A stretch of 64,000 nt of DNA. Origin: a virus. The stretch is taken from the IMG/VR virus record IMGVR_UViG_3300037478_000520, positions 49,661 through 113,660 of that record; one strand, given 5' to 3'. Positions 17,936-28,089 of the stretch are shown here, piece by piece (position 1 is the stretch's first letter; every line of letters begins with the position of its first letter). The notes beneath the pieces are model-generated. The model was given only the letters and a program-made list of their open reading frames with translations. It was not told where the DNA came from and did no database searches. A program made the translations under genes and the position numbers.

Positions 17936-18496
17936 CTATTCCCCACCCGAGGGCGGCCACGCTGGCAGGAGTATGCACTTGTGCTCTGGAACGACGTTGA
18001 TCGTGCTCGTCTTCTGCGTCTTTTTCGGCACGGGCTGCGTCCAATCGAACTGTTGAATCACCAACTCGCTGTTCTGGTACGCGTGCGCAGCCTTGTTTTC
18101 TTCTTGCGTCACATAGACCGCGCTTCCGATTTCTACGTCGCGACCCAGGTCTCTCGACACTTGAAACACGGCTGCGACTAGGTTGCGACGTATCGTCTCT
18201 GTCCACTCGAACGCATCGATGGGCGCACCATCACACTGACCGCTGATGTGGCATTCGATACGAAGGTCTTCGTTCGGGAGGAAGTCGATCGAGATTCCCT
18301 CTTGCTTACTCGAAGAAGGAACCTCGTTGGTGGGGGATAGGCTTCGCGGTATCCACAACACGTAGTTGCTGACGTGCTGCTCAGCCTGCCCAAGGCGCAT
18401 CGTGTAGGCGGCTACCTCGGGCATATCGAGAAGTTTCATCACCGCTACGACCAGAGTCCGAAACTCCTCTACGTAGGCATCAGCAAGAAAGGCCAT
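17936..18496 (-). CDS. Putative tail terminator / neck protein
   Basis: Position after the virion morphogenesis gene. Confidence 0.5.
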   Translation of the reverse strand: MAFLADAYVEEFRTLVVAVMKLLDMPEVAAYTMRLGQAEQHVSNYVLWIPRSLSPTNEVPSSSKQEGISIDFLPNEDLRIECHISGQCDGAPIDAFEWTETIRRNLVAAVFQVSRDLGRDVEIGSAVYVTQEENKAAHAYQNSELVIQQFDWTQPVPKKTQKTSTINVVPEHKCILLPAWPPSGGE

Positions 18497-18943
18497 TCAG
18501 GAACCGATCTTCTTACCGAGCACGTCTGCGATCGCCTTGCCGAGATCCCTCGCCCATTCCTGTGGCAAGCCGCGGCTCTCATCAGGAACCTGCATTCTGA
18601 CCAAGGACTCGCCGTCCTTGCGTCGCCGTCGCTTGATGGGTTCCTGGTGAAAGATGGCCTTTCGTTCTGCGGTGAGTTCGACGCCGTCCTTGTCGACGCG
18701 TGTGGCCTTCCATCCCTCGCGCAAGTCACGGCTTGGCCCTGTCAGTGTCTTGCGACCGTCCTTGGCGAGCTTCTTGGTCCAGGGTTGTCCGTAGGGATCC
18801 CGCTGCGTTGCGTAGCCACGCTTGATCTTCCGAATGAGTTCGTCGCGAGCAGCACGAGCAGACGCATTCAAGATGGCGTCTGGGTTGTTCAGGTCACGAA
18901 CCAGCGCGCTGAGTTTTTTGAAGTCACCTCGAACGCGAAGCAT
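18497..18943 (-). CDS. Phage virion morphogenesis protein (Mu gpG-like)
   Basis: QRDPYGQPW, L....G.L, AIFHQ motifs. Confidence 0.75.
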   Translation of the reverse strand: MLRVRGDFKKLSALVRDLNNPDAILNASARAARDELIRKIKRGYATQRDPYGQPWTKKLAKDGRKTLTGPSRDLREGWKATRVDKDGVELTAERKAIFHQEPIKRRRRKDGESLVRMQVPDESRGLPQEWARDLGKAIADVLGKKIGS

Positions 18944-19665
18944 TAGCGCACCCAGCCCCTCTTTGGACGGCTCACGACATAGGCGCCGGTCTCTTCGATC
19001 GGGTCGCTATCGACGATCCCGGACGGCTTGGCGCGGGCGTAGGAGACTTCCTTCAGCCAGCGAATCGCGTCCTTCTTGTCGTTGATCCAGTTCACGTCCG
19101 GGCTGTCCGGGTCGAGTCCCTTTTCTCGAATCAACTCGTAGTCAGCGATGGACGCCGTGGCCGACGCGATATCGTCGCCCCACTCTAGAAGCGGAAGCGT
19201 GAACGCCGTGCCAAGATAACTTTCGACCACGCTGGATGCTCGGATCAGTGCCTTTGCGACGTTCTGCCCTTCGATCTGGTCAAGCAGACGTCCGGCAATC
19301 CGGCTGTCCTGGCGACGTGCGTACACGGTGTGAGCTTCGCCTGACAGTGAGAAGGTGAACGATGGTGTATCCGTTCCGCCGATCGTCCAGACCAGCCTTA
19401 CGTACCGAGCCAGGTCGTAGAGGTAGAAGGGCGGTAGCGGCGCAGGCGCCAGCACCGATGGAAACTGCGCCGCAAACCGCCAACTGGTGCCGTCCGGCGA
19501 CGTCTGAACCTGAAGGCCGAGCGAAGGGCTGGTCCCGCTCGCTGCCACCACGTCTCCCTGGACTTTCAGGGCTGTCCGAAGCTCGCCGATGTCGACCGAT
19601 GATCCGGTCCCACCGGCTGTCTGTGTATCGACACTGTGGAGGACAACGGCGAGCTTGTTTGCCAT
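18943..19665 (-). CDS. Head-tail connector (Mu gp36/DUF1320-like C-terminal domain)
   Basis: AS..VESYLG...LPL, IA.Y.L, KDAIRWLKEV; N-terminal QTSPDG..W domain. Confidence 0.75.
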   Translation of the reverse strand: MANKLAVVLHSVDTQTAGGTGSSVDIGELRTALKVQGDVVAASGTSPSLGLQVQTSPDGTSWRFAAQFPSVLAPAPLPPFYLYDLARYVRLVWTIGGTDTPSFTFSLSGEAHTVYARRQDSRIAGRLLDQIEGQNVAKALIRASSVVESYLGTAFTLPLLEWGDDIASATASIADYELIREKGLDPDSPDVNWINDKKDAIRWLKEVSYARAKPSGIVDSDPIEETGAYVVSRPKRGWVR

Positions 19666-19668
19666 GCT

Positions 19669-20325
19669 TCAGTTGATCTGACGGGCGATGACGTGGACGA
19701 ATCCGGTGCCTGCGGTGAAGGCGCTCGTGATTCTGTCAAACCTGATTGTGTCCGTCGCCTCGAGAACCGCCAGGTTTGGCGCCGAAGAGAAGGACACGCC
19801 GACCGTCCCTTGCGTCTCACCGGTCGTAGCCACAAGCGTCGCCAGCACGTCTCCTGTTGCTCCGCCCAACAGGTCGCCCTTGGTGCTATGTGGGGCATCC
19901 GCGCTGGACACGCCGATCGCGCTCGACGAACCACCCGTCCAATCCGCGGTGATCTCCCAAAAGAGCTTTTCGAGTTCCAACCGAACGCCTGCCGGCACCG
20001 TGAACAGCGTCGCTGCGTCCGCAGTCCCGAACGCGACCGCCAGTTTCATGTGCACGGACGGGTCCGTGCGTAGCCAGCGCCCGAGCCCGACGTCTGGCGT
20101 CAGCACGAAGTTATCGGTGGTGTCGGCGGCCGTGCTGGAGGCCGAAAACACCCATGACGACTTGTTCGCGCTGACGTAAGCGCGCTGCCCATCGACTCGG
20201 AGGCCGGCATTCAGCGACTTCAGCGCGGCAAGCGTACTCGCCGAAAAGGCGTGCTCCACAAGCGATACACCGGCTGCGATAGTGCGCGACCCCGGCACGA
20301 ACTGCTGGTTTTTGTCAAATCCCAT
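19669..20325 (-). CDS. Hypothetical structural protein (possible head decoration)
   Basis: ATG 20325 with GAAGGA RBS; beta-rich, in the head module. Confidence 0.55.
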   Translation of the reverse strand: MGFDKNQQFVPGSRTIAAGVSLVEHAFSASTLAALKSLNAGLRVDGQRAYVSANKSSWVFSASSTAADTTDNFVLTPDVGLGRWLRTDPSVHMKLAVAFGTADAATLFTVPAGVRLELEKLFWEITADWTGGSSSAIGVSSADAPHSTKGDLLGGATGDVLATLVATTGETQGTVGVSFSSAPNLAVLEATDTIRFDRITSAFTAGTGFVHVIARQIN

Positions 20326-20338
20326 TGATCGATATCCT

Positions 20339-20623
20339 TCAAATGGTCGGCACTGCCGAGAGGATGGTGATTGCCATGCTCGCCGTGAACCCGGCGATTT
20401 CACAAAGCTCGTCCGCGTCGGCGCCGTCGATGTCCTCGAGGGTTGAATAGCCTGCGTTCACGAGCATTTCTTGATAGGGAAAATCGGACGAGAGGGCGGT
20501 GCCTGGCTCAGATTCCTGTTTCGATCGCCAGACACTCGCCTGTCCCTCGTCCTCTTCGACGCGCGAGTAGTAGAGCCGTTTGCGCAAGTAGTACCGGCGC
20601 GCACGGCGAAACTCTGCAGCCAC
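20339..20623 (-). CDS. Small helix-hairpin-helix-like protein
   Basis: L.NAGYSTLEDI..A..DEL.EIAGF...A..I pattern. Confidence 0.55.
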   Translation of the reverse strand: MAAEFRRARRYYLRKRLYYSRVEEDEGQASVWRSKQESEPGTALSSDFPYQEMLVNAGYSTLEDIDGADADELCEIAGFTASMAITILSAVPTI

Positions 20624-20624
20624 G

Positions 20625-21179
20625 TCAATCCTTGCCGGATTCGGCTTCGGCCTTTTCGATCTCTACGTAGAGGCGATCTGCGCCCCAACGCTTGTCGACC
20701 TTGACGCCCGCCTTCTCCGCCATCTCCCGGAGTTCGTCCAACTCGGACTTGTCCTCTGTGGACTCCTCCTCTGGAGGAACTTCGGGCACCAGCTCCGCCT
20801 TTGGCTCCGTTTCCAGCTTCGGCGGCGGTGAAGGCGGCTGCACGGTCGACTTCTCCGCCATCTCCCGGAGTTCGTCCAACTCGGACTTGTCCTCTGTGGA
20901 CTCCTCCTCTGGAGGAACTTCGGGCACCAGCTCCGCCTTTGGCTCCGTTTCCAGCTTCGGCGGCGGTGAAGGCGGCTGCACGGTCGACTTCTCGATGGAC
21001 GGCTTGGGCGGTTCAAGCGGCAAGCCTCCAGGTAGTTGCTTGCGCAACTCGAGAAGCCGCAACTCGTACCCGTGCGCCTGCTCCTGCATGAGGCGCCGGT
21101 GCTCGGACATGGGGATCGACGATGGCGTGGGAGGCGCATTTCCTACCCCCACGCCATGTCGGAATGAAACGCGACCCAT
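20625..21179 (-). CDS. Pro/Glu-rich protein downstream of the capsid gene
   Basis: C-terminal ELREMAEKAGVKVDKRWG..RL motif; contains an internal 46-aa duplication. Confidence 0.65.
   Translation of the reverse strand: MGRVSFRHGVGVGNAPPTPSSIPMSEHRRLMQEQAHGYELRLLELRKQLPGGLPLEPPKPSIEKSTVQPPSPPPKLETEPKAELVPEVPPEEESTEDKSELDELREMAEKSTVQPPSPPPKLETEPKAELVPEVPPEEESTEDKSELDELREMAEKAGVKVDKRWGADRLYVEIEKAEAESGKD
20712..20993. repeat. Perfect 138-bp tandem duplication
   Basis: Unit starting CTTCTCCGCCATCTCC at 20712 and 20850. Confidence 0.9.
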
Positions 21180-22414
21180 CAGTTATCCAACGTGCCGTCG
21201 TAGTTGGCGACGTCGTGACGGATGGAGATGACGCCGCTCTGGTGAGAACCGCGACGCCGACGGTAGCGGTGAGCCACCGCGTAGAGGTGCATGGCCGCCA
21301 AGTCGCTGTCCTTGAGGATGTCTTTGTCGGTCTGCATGGTGAGGGCCGCCCTGTTGTACCAGAAGCAGCAGCTTGCCGGCTTGAGCAGCAGGGTGCGCGG
21401 CGTGAGGTCGGCCTCGGCACGGTAGACGTTGTCCACGTTGTAGGTGCCGTTGGTGAAGGTGGCGGTGACGCCCGTCGCCCCGTTGAATCCCACCAGCGAG
21501 TCGGCGGAGGGGTTCGTCGCGGTCCGGCTCTCGTTCAGCGCGTAGGCACCGCCGCCCGCCGTCACCGTGTGCTCGTCCGACCAGGTCGAGCCGTCGTCGG
21601 TGCTGAACTTGAACTTCGCAGTTCCGTCCGACGATCCACCCACCGTGATCTGAATCTTCAGATCCCACGGCCCGAGCGGTGTTCCCGTGAGGGTCACGTC
21701 GGGAGGAGTCGTTCCGTCCTCCGTGACCGCGCCCATGGTGCTGCCAGCGACCGAAACGCGGTCAGAGACCACGATCGGGATACCGGCCATGCGTGGGAAG
21801 TCGCCATCCCGCATCGAGTCGAGCAGCAGCGGGCGACCATTGGTGTCCTTGAGTTGCAAGGCGTCGCGGTAGCTCTGCGAGTGCATGACAAGCACCGCAG
21901 CGCCGACCATTTCGTCCCCAAAGCTTGCCTTCGCGGAGATGATCATGTCCCAGGTGATGTTGCTTCCGACGTAGTTCAGTTCACGAACTCCGGAGGCTAC
22001 GACCGCATCGAGGATGCGCTTGTCCATCGCACGCGTGGCAGCGACCCGGATCTGACGCGCTGCCTCCTGGTACGGGTCCGCCACCGCCGCGAACTGCGAA
22101 AAGACAGACGCCTCGGTCGCCAACGAATCGCGAGTGATCGTCGCTTCCTCGGTGACCATCGCGATGTTTCGCGGAGTCGCCGCGGTCGACTCGGAGAGGT
22201 TCTCTTGGAAGTCGCCGATGGTTCCGAAGTAGGGCACCTTGATCGTCTGACCGACGACGTTGTTGCCCTTCTCGCTCATGCTCGGATCAACAACGACAGC
22301 GCCAGTCGCCACGAATGCCGAGCCAACGAAAACGTTCTTGTTTGCGAACTCGCCTTGCACGGCGTCTTCGATCATCGCCGGGTTGTAGGTGTTCGCAGTA
22401 GTCGTGAGAGCCAT
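21179..22414 (-). CDS. Major capsid protein (HK97 fold) with an inserted beta-domain
   Basis: GQTIKVPYFG.IGD, DP..EAARQI, VMHS..Y..L, G.PIVVSDR, TDKDILKDSD; follows the protease gene. Confidence 0.88.
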   Translation of the reverse strand: MALTTTANTYNPAMIEDAVQGEFANKNVFVGSAFVATGAVVVDPSMSEKGNNVVGQTIKVPYFGTIGDFQENLSESTAATPRNIAMVTEEATITRDSLATEASVFSQFAAVADPYQEAARQIRVAATRAMDKRILDAVVASGVRELNYVGSNITWDMIISAKASFGDEMVGAAVLVMHSQSYRDALQLKDTNGRPLLLDSMRDGDFPRMAGIPIVVSDRVSVAGSTMGAVTEDGTTPPDVTLTGTPLGPWDLKIQITVGGSSDGTAKFKFSTDDGSTWSDEHTVTAGGGAYALNESRTATNPSADSLVGFNGATGVTATFTNGTYNVDNVYRAEADLTPRTLLLKPASCCFWYNRAALTMQTDKDILKDSDLAAMHLYAVAHRYRRRRGSHQSGVISIRHDVANYDGTLDN

Positions 22415-22466
22415 TGTTAGATTTACCTTTCAGGCTTTGGATTGCAGGCTGTGAATTGCTGGGCGT

Positions 22467-23765
22467 TCAGCCCGCGGAAGGAGTCGGGCACCCAGATGCG
22501 CGCCAATCGGTACGCATCTGCGCCCAGAGTTCGGGGTTGGCTTTGCAGAGTGCTTCTCGCTCCACCCCCGTCATGGCGGCGTAGGTCTTGCCCTGGTAGG
22601 TGACATCGCCGCTGGCGTTGCCTTCGCCCTTCGGCGGTTTGACCTCGCCCTGCGGTACCTTCACGCTGGCGATGTCGAGGTACGCTTTGAGCGAAGCGAC
22701 AGGCTGAGCGCCCCAGAACTCGGCTTCCTTGACGGTGAGCTTCCCGTCAGCCTTGCCCTTGGCGATGAGGTCCTCACGCTCTTTTGCGGAAGCGGCCTCG
22801 GCGTCCTGCTTGATCTTCGCCTCAAGCTCGACTACGCGTTCGGTGCTCTTGACGTGTGCGCGAATCGCTCCGATCGCCTCGTCACCCTTTTTGCCGACGG
22901 CTTCCTCGATCGCGCCGACCTGTGCACGAGCTTCTGCGGCTTCTGCACGCGCCGCGGCGAGGTCGGCTTCGAGTTGCTTTTGCTTGGACGCCGAAGCGGC
23001 CTTGTTTTCGTGGATGGATGCGAGGACTTCACCTTCGGTCGCGTTCTCGGAGAGCCCAAATGCCTTTGCGATTGCTTTCATTTCTGATGTCTCCTCCGGC
23101 TCAACGACCGGCAGATTGAGTTGTGGGTCCGCGACAGCGACCGCTGCGGATGCGCGGGCCTGCGGAGCGTTTTTGAATTGGTAGCGACCGAGGTCGAACA
23201 ACCCTTGCGCTTTGGCAGCAGCCGCTGATTTGCCTGCTACCAAACTGTCAGCGAGTCCTACTTCGACTGCTTCAGAAGCTGAGAACCAGGTTTCAGCCGC
23301 CATCTTATCGAGTGCCCACTCTCGCGTTTGCGAGGTGCGCGCGGCGTAGATGTCCGCCATCGATCCGCCCATGGACGCGAGGATGTCTGCTGTTGAACGG
23401 TGGTCCTGTTCGTTGCCGCGTGTGTGCGACCACGGGTCATGGATCATGAACATCGCGCCTTCGAAGACTTCGATGTTGTCGCCAGCCATGGCGATGATCG
23501 AAGCTGCAGACGCTGCGAGCCCTTCGACCTTTACGTTGACGGTCGCGCTGTGTGTGCGCATCAGGTTGTAGATGGCGACAGCCTCAAGAACCATCCCGCC
23601 TGGGCTGTTGATGTGGACCGTTAGTTCGTCGAACTCACCTAGTCCTTTGATCGCTTGGCGAACCGAGTTGGCGGAAATGCCCCACCAGTCGTCGATCTCG
23701 TCGTAGATCCATAGTTCGGCGACGCCGCCGTTGATGGCAGCGCGTAGTTCAGGCTTGGATTTCAT
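22467..23765 (-). CDS. ClpP-type head maturation protease with scaffold extension
   Basis: IYDEI, INSPGG, GLAASAASII (Ser), MIHDP (His), ETWFSA.EA..GLAD; coiled-coil C-terminus. Confidence 0.93.
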   Translation of the reverse strand: MKSKPELRAAINGGVAELWIYDEIDDWWGISANSVRQAIKGLGEFDELTVHINSPGGMVLEAVAIYNLMRTHSATVNVKVEGLAASAASIIAMAGDNIEVFEGAMFMIHDPWSHTRGNEQDHRSTADILASMGGSMADIYAARTSQTREWALDKMAAETWFSASEAVEVGLADSLVAGKSAAAAKAQGLFDLGRYQFKNAPQARASAAVAVADPQLNLPVVEPEETSEMKAIAKAFGLSENATEGEVLASIHENKAASASKQKQLEADLAAARAEAAEARAQVGAIEEAVGKKGDEAIGAIRAHVKSTERVVELEAKIKQDAEAASAKEREDLIAKGKADGKLTVKEAEFWGAQPVASLKAYLDIASVKVPQGEVKPPKGEGNASGDVTYQGKTYAAMTGVEREALCKANPELWAQMRTDWRASGCPTPSAG

Positions 23766-23965
23766 TGGACGGATCTCTCCGATGGCCGTTTGCGAACGAC
23801 GCAAACGTTCCTAGAAGGCGCCTTAAGTTCGGTACTGAACGGACTTGGGCGACTATGAAATGGGAGCCACGCTACTTGGCGGGCGGATGCTTACTATCGC
23901 GGAATTCTTTGCATGCGCGGCAGTGGCAGTTTGACATCGGTTCCAGGTGAACGAAGCGACCGTCT

Positions 23966-25255
23966 TCAGGAATCATCGGGACGGACATCGGTATCGTCCT
24001 CGTCCTCAGCGTCACTATTGGGGTCTGACTGGATCGAAATCGCTTCTGGATCCCTTTGGATCTCAACGTGGAACTCCTCTTTTACCCAAGCAGGGTCAAC
24101 CTTATGTCCGCCCTGCCATAGTTTTTTTACTGCACCGGCAACCTTGTCGAATCGCTGCGCCTTCTTGGTCAGGTCTTCGTTCTCGGCTTTGAATTCGATG
24201 TAGGGAGCTGCGCGACGGTTACCGAAGTTGAACTCTGCCCACCAAACCAGAATTTGGCGGCGAATCACGTCTTGCGTGCGCTTCAGCAGGTTGATGATCA
24301 CGCGGTCTTCGACTCGCTCGTGGACCTCTGCCGCGGCACGTGAACCGCCGGAATCGATCTCTGTGGTCAGGTTCTGACCCTTGATGCTGATCTCAAACGC
24401 CATGTTGGCGAGTTTGATTTGCGCGCTGTAGATCGACCAGGTGCTCGCCGCAGCCTGCAGGATCTTCAGGTCGTAGCCGGGCGGCAGGACAACCGTGCCG
24501 TCCGCGCCAGCCGAATCGATCTGTTCAGCGAGCGCCCTGCGCTGACCCTTGTCTGCTCCCCCAGCCTCTGCGACCTCGAACGCCGCGCCTTTGTCCAGGT
24601 CTGCGGTCGCGACGCGCGTAGACGCGCCCTCGCCGGCCCTTGCGAAGTCCATCCGAGCGAAGTCTTTGACCAGCCACCATTCTGCGATGCCCCGCCATTT
24701 TCCCTCAGCCCAAGGACGTCCTTTCCCGTACGGGGTGTAGACGACCCACTTGCCATCGCCAGGCTCGATCTCAATTTCGCTTTCGGAGGTCCGCAGGAAC
24801 CATTTTTGTAGGTTGTGGTCCCAGCGAGCCCAGCGCGGATGATAGAAAACCACGCGCGGCACTTGTCGGCCTTCGTGTTCCATCCAAACGAGTTGTGCAA
24901 ACCCGACTCCGAGAATCAGTCCCCATGCGATGAGCTTGTGGAGTTCCTCCTCTTCGAACGCCTCATCCCAGTCTTCGGGGAGTGCTCGTGCGGCGGATGC
25001 AGCTCCGGTTCCTTTGCCCTGGTTGAAGTTCAGTTCGAGCTTGAGGAAACCACCGATGACGGTCTCTAGCGCCTGCTTGATACGGTCGTCCGCCATGATG
25101 ATCTCGCACAGGTCGGCGAGGTGCATCATGGTTCCGCCATCGGCGATGTGGATCATCGACCGAATGCGCGCGGGTGTCCAACTGGTGGACAGGCGCACCG
25201 TGGGCTGTAAGACCTCCTTGGCGCTCAGCCGTCGGTCCGTGGGATGCTCTGGCAA
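23966..25255 (-). CDS. Portal protein (Mu gp29/DUF935-like)
   Basis: GQNLTTE..SGGSRAAAEVH motif; lies between terminase and protease. Confidence 0.88.
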   Translation of the reverse strand: MPEHPTDRRLSAKEVLQPTVRLSTSWTPARIRSMIHIADGGTMMHLADLCEIIMADDRIKQALETVIGGFLKLELNFNQGKGTGAASAARALPEDWDEAFEEEELHKLIAWGLILGVGFAQLVWMEHEGRQVPRVVFYHPRWARWDHNLQKWFLRTSESEIEIEPGDGKWVVYTPYGKGRPWAEGKWRGIAEWWLVKDFARMDFARAGEGASTRVATADLDKGAAFEVAEAGGADKGQRRALAEQIDSAGADGTVVLPPGYDLKILQAAASTWSIYSAQIKLANMAFEISIKGQNLTTEIDSGGSRAAAEVHERVEDRVIINLLKRTQDVIRRQILVWWAEFNFGNRRAAPYIEFKAENEDLTKKAQRFDKVAGAVKKLWQGGHKVDPAWVKEEFHVEIQRDPEAISIQSDPNSDAEDEDDTDVRPDDS

Positions 25256-25508
25256 GGGCGGTTAGTGATGCGCCTTGGTGATGAGCGCTAGTCTGTCTAA
25301 AGCGTCGTTTGCCATGGGAGTTGTGCCTCGTTCATTGCTCGGTACCGACAATCACAACGTACCTGACCGCTTTGGCACGTGCACATGGCGTGAGGTCTGT
25401 TGGGGTCGATGGATCGCAACTGGCACATCGCGCCGGTGTTCTGGCCCATGTGGGCGATATGAACCGGCAGTGACTTGCTTCGGAGGAAGCACGCCGGGCA
25501 TACCCACA

Positions 25509-27086
25509 CTACCGTCGCCTCGTTCTAACGCCGTTCCCGCCGAACACCACAACGTTGCTCGTGCCCGTCCGCTGCGCTGTGCGTCCTGCGCCCGGAGCCA
25601 GCGAGCCCGCCAGAGTACGTTTGGTTAGACCATCGAACCCGCTTACGTAGGCGTCGACCTGGTCGTCAATCGGGTCTCGCAGCCCCGTGAACGCTTGCAA
25701 CTCGTCAACGAAGGCGTCTGCCCATTCCATGTTGCGGGGACGTCCGTTCTTGTCAAGCCACACACAATCGTCCGACGTGTCCGGGACGTAGATCGTGTAA
25801 GCGGGTTTCGACTCCGCACCGTCAATCGAAACCACGCCGTTCCAGGCATCGGCCGCGTCGTGGGAACGAGTCAGCTTGTCCCGCCCGCGGGTGTTGACCA
25901 TCACCAGCGGCACGCCCTTCGTGTTCATGAAGTTCACTGACCCCTTTTCAGGGCCCGAACCGTACATCCACATGTTGCCTCGACGTGCTCTGAATCGTTC
26001 GCGCAGGATGATCGAGAACGTTGGCGCGTCAATCTGCTTGCGGTCCACGTTGACCACAAACACCTCACGCTTCGCCGTGACCCACATTTCCACGCAGACC
26101 GACCAGTCACTCGAGGTCCTCTCGGAGTAAGCAAGGTCGACCCCGTAACCAACGATGTACCCGTACTTGGGGAGTGCCTCCGGCCGGTAGTACCGCGGCG
26201 AGCCAAACACCGCCCCGCCCCGTGGTCGCGGCATGCCCTGATACAGCGAGGCAAAGTTCCACGGGTTGTGGTGCTGGCGCTTCTCTAAGCGCTCAAGCGA
26301 GTGCTTCGCTGGCCACAGCGGCTTTCCAGGCTCCCGGTTGTCGTTCGCCGGCTGGTTGTCGCCGTCCGAAATCGCTTTGAGGTTGACGTAGTCGAAGTCG
26401 CGTTCGCGCTGCAACCAGCCGGACGGATCGTCGACATGCCAGCGGGTCATCACCAGGATGACACTCGAGCCCTCGTGTAAGCGCGAGTCGCAGTCGCCGT
26501 CGTACCAGCCGCGGAACTTCTCACGCATGGTCTCGGACTCGGCGTCCTCACGCCCCTTCACGGGGTCGTCGATGACCGCCACACCAGTCAGGTCGTAGCC
26601 CGTCAACATGCCACCCACCGACGTCCAGCGGATGCCACCGCCCTCCGCCGTCTCCCACTTGTCCAGGTTGTCGAGAGTGAGTTCTAACCCGGCCTCCGCG
26701 GCGATTCGACGCGCCATCCGGGCGACTTCCTCAGCCCGCGTCTGCGAGTACGTGATGTACGCGAACTTCAGGTCCGGGTACTTCAACAGCCACATCACTA
26801 TGGCATGCAGAATGGCGATGGTTTTCCCGTGCTGGGGCGGTGTCGCTACACAGCTTCGCAGACTTCCTTCAGGCGCTTTCTCTAGGATGTCAATGACGTC
26901 TTTGAGGTGAGTTGGGGCCTCCATCCTCGGGCTTACCCTCGGGATGAAGTCCATCAAGCTCTCCGTCCATGTCGGACGCTTCGGTTTCGATGACTTCGTC
27001 GCCTTCGCTTTCGCCCGGGCCAATTGCTCGTGCATCCAGTCCTTGGATACCGAGTACTGCGGACGCGACTTCAAGGAATCGGACAT
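25509..27086 (-). CDS. terL: Terminase large subunit
   Basis: PPQHGKT Walker A, IDDPVK, MTRWH.DD, LYQG.P, nuclease DDQVDA. Confidence 0.95.
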   Translation of the reverse strand: MSDSLKSRPQYSVSKDWMHEQLARAKAKATKSSKPKRPTWTESLMDFIPRVSPRMEAPTHLKDVIDILEKAPEGSLRSCVATPPQHGKTIAILHAIVMWLLKYPDLKFAYITYSQTRAEEVARMARRIAAEAGLELTLDNLDKWETAEGGGIRWTSVGGMLTGYDLTGVAVIDDPVKGREDAESETMREKFRGWYDGDCDSRLHEGSSVILVMTRWHVDDPSGWLQRERDFDYVNLKAISDGDNQPANDNREPGKPLWPAKHSLERLEKRQHHNPWNFASLYQGMPRPRGGAVFGSPRYYRPEALPKYGYIVGYGVDLAYSERTSSDWSVCVEMWVTAKREVFVVNVDRKQIDAPTFSIILRERFRARRGNMWMYGSGPEKGSVNFMNTKGVPLVMVNTRGRDKLTRSHDAADAWNGVVSIDGAESKPAYTIYVPDTSDDCVWLDKNGRPRNMEWADAFVDELQAFTGLRDPIDDQVDAYVSGFDGLTKRTLAGSLAPGAGRTAQRTGTSNVVVFGGNGVRTRRR

Positions 27087-27534
27087 ATTCGTCGGCTCTC
27101 AGGTGATCGGCCATCGCGGTGATCAACTGCTGCAGTGCCGCATCCCCCTTCACCTCAAGCGTCGTGTGGTTGCCATATTGCGATGGACGACGCTTCTCCA
27201 ACAACCACGTCGCCGCCTTGAACTTCGTCTGGTAGTCCAGTGCCACCAAAAACTTGTGCTTACAGTCAGGGCACTGGATCTCTTTCGTGCCAGCATGACG
27301 AGCCATCTCGTCCAACTGGTCCAGCATCCCGCCTTCCCACTTGGCAATCGCCTTCCGAGCCTTCACCGCGAAATCGCGGTACTTCTTCTTCGTGAGTTCC
27401 AGTTCCCCCCACTGGATCCAACGGTAGAACGTCTGCTCACTGATCCCAGCCGCCGCACACGCCGTAGTCACAGGTCGACCCGCCTCGAGCTGCTCAAGGA
27501 TCAACTCCTGCCTCGGGGGCGTCAATTTCAGCAT
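26890..27534 (-). CDS. Terminase small subunit (HTH)
   Basis: KLTP...G.....AC..AGIS..TFYRW and AA.WLLE.R.P..YG; overlaps terL by 197 nt. Confidence 0.8.
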   Translation of the reverse strand: MLKLTPPRQELILEQLEAGRPVTTACAAAGISEQTFYRWIQWGELELTKKKYRDFAVKARKAIAKWEGGMLDQLDEMARHAGTKEIQCPDCKHKFLVALDYQTKFKAATWLLEKRRPSQYGNHTTLEVKGDAALQQLITAMADHLRADEYVRFLEVASAVLGIQGLDARAIGPGESEGDEVIETEASDMDGELDGLHPEGKPEDGGPNSPQRRH

Positions 27535-27819
27535 TCTGGCCAAGATTTCAGCGTTCCTACACGAAAAATAGCCGTTTTCAGGCCGTTTCCTCGATTAAAG
27601 TTGGGCGTTTTCGGAGCCCTGGTACGCCCAAACCAAGTGCACGCGCGCCACGGGAGAAATGCAGCGCCGCTCCAACCCCATCAACCAGGACCAAAAGGAC
27701 CCAGGATAGAACAGCGGGTTTCCTAGGCACTGGCACCCGCTAGCCAGCTGCGTACCAACGTCGAGTGAAATTTGAGTGCACTCAAGTCAGTTGCCTAGCT
27801 TCTCGTTGAGGACCCAACA

Positions 27820-28089
27820 TCAGCCCTCCTTGTTAGCCTTACTCACGCCGTCAAACTCCCGGGTCAAATCCCGCGGCGACCAGCGATACCTCAATAACTG
27901 ACCAGGCTCCCGGTCGAACAGCACAAGCCCCGAATCACACATCCGCCAAAGCATCCGCCGGCAGTCAGACTCAGGAACCTTCAGCCAATCCGACAACTCC
28001 TCAACCGTCCACGAACCACCGTCGTCTTTCAACAACTTCGAAATCAGTCCTAACAACTTGTTCGGGTTCGTCGAAATCCTAGCCGTCAT
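27820..28089 (-). CDS. Small winged-HTH protein
   Basis: TVEELSDWL.V....RR.L..M...GLV pattern. Confidence 0.6.
   Translation of the reverse strand: MTARISTNPNKLLGLISKLLKDDGGSWTVEELSDWLKVPESDCRRMLWRMCDSGLVLFDREPGQLLRYRWSPRDLTREFDGVSKANKEG

Noticed and set aside
21122-22420. Long plus-strand ORFs antisense to capsid, tape measure and sheath genes
   Set aside because: Typical shadow ORFs of high-GC coding sequence, with no motifs.
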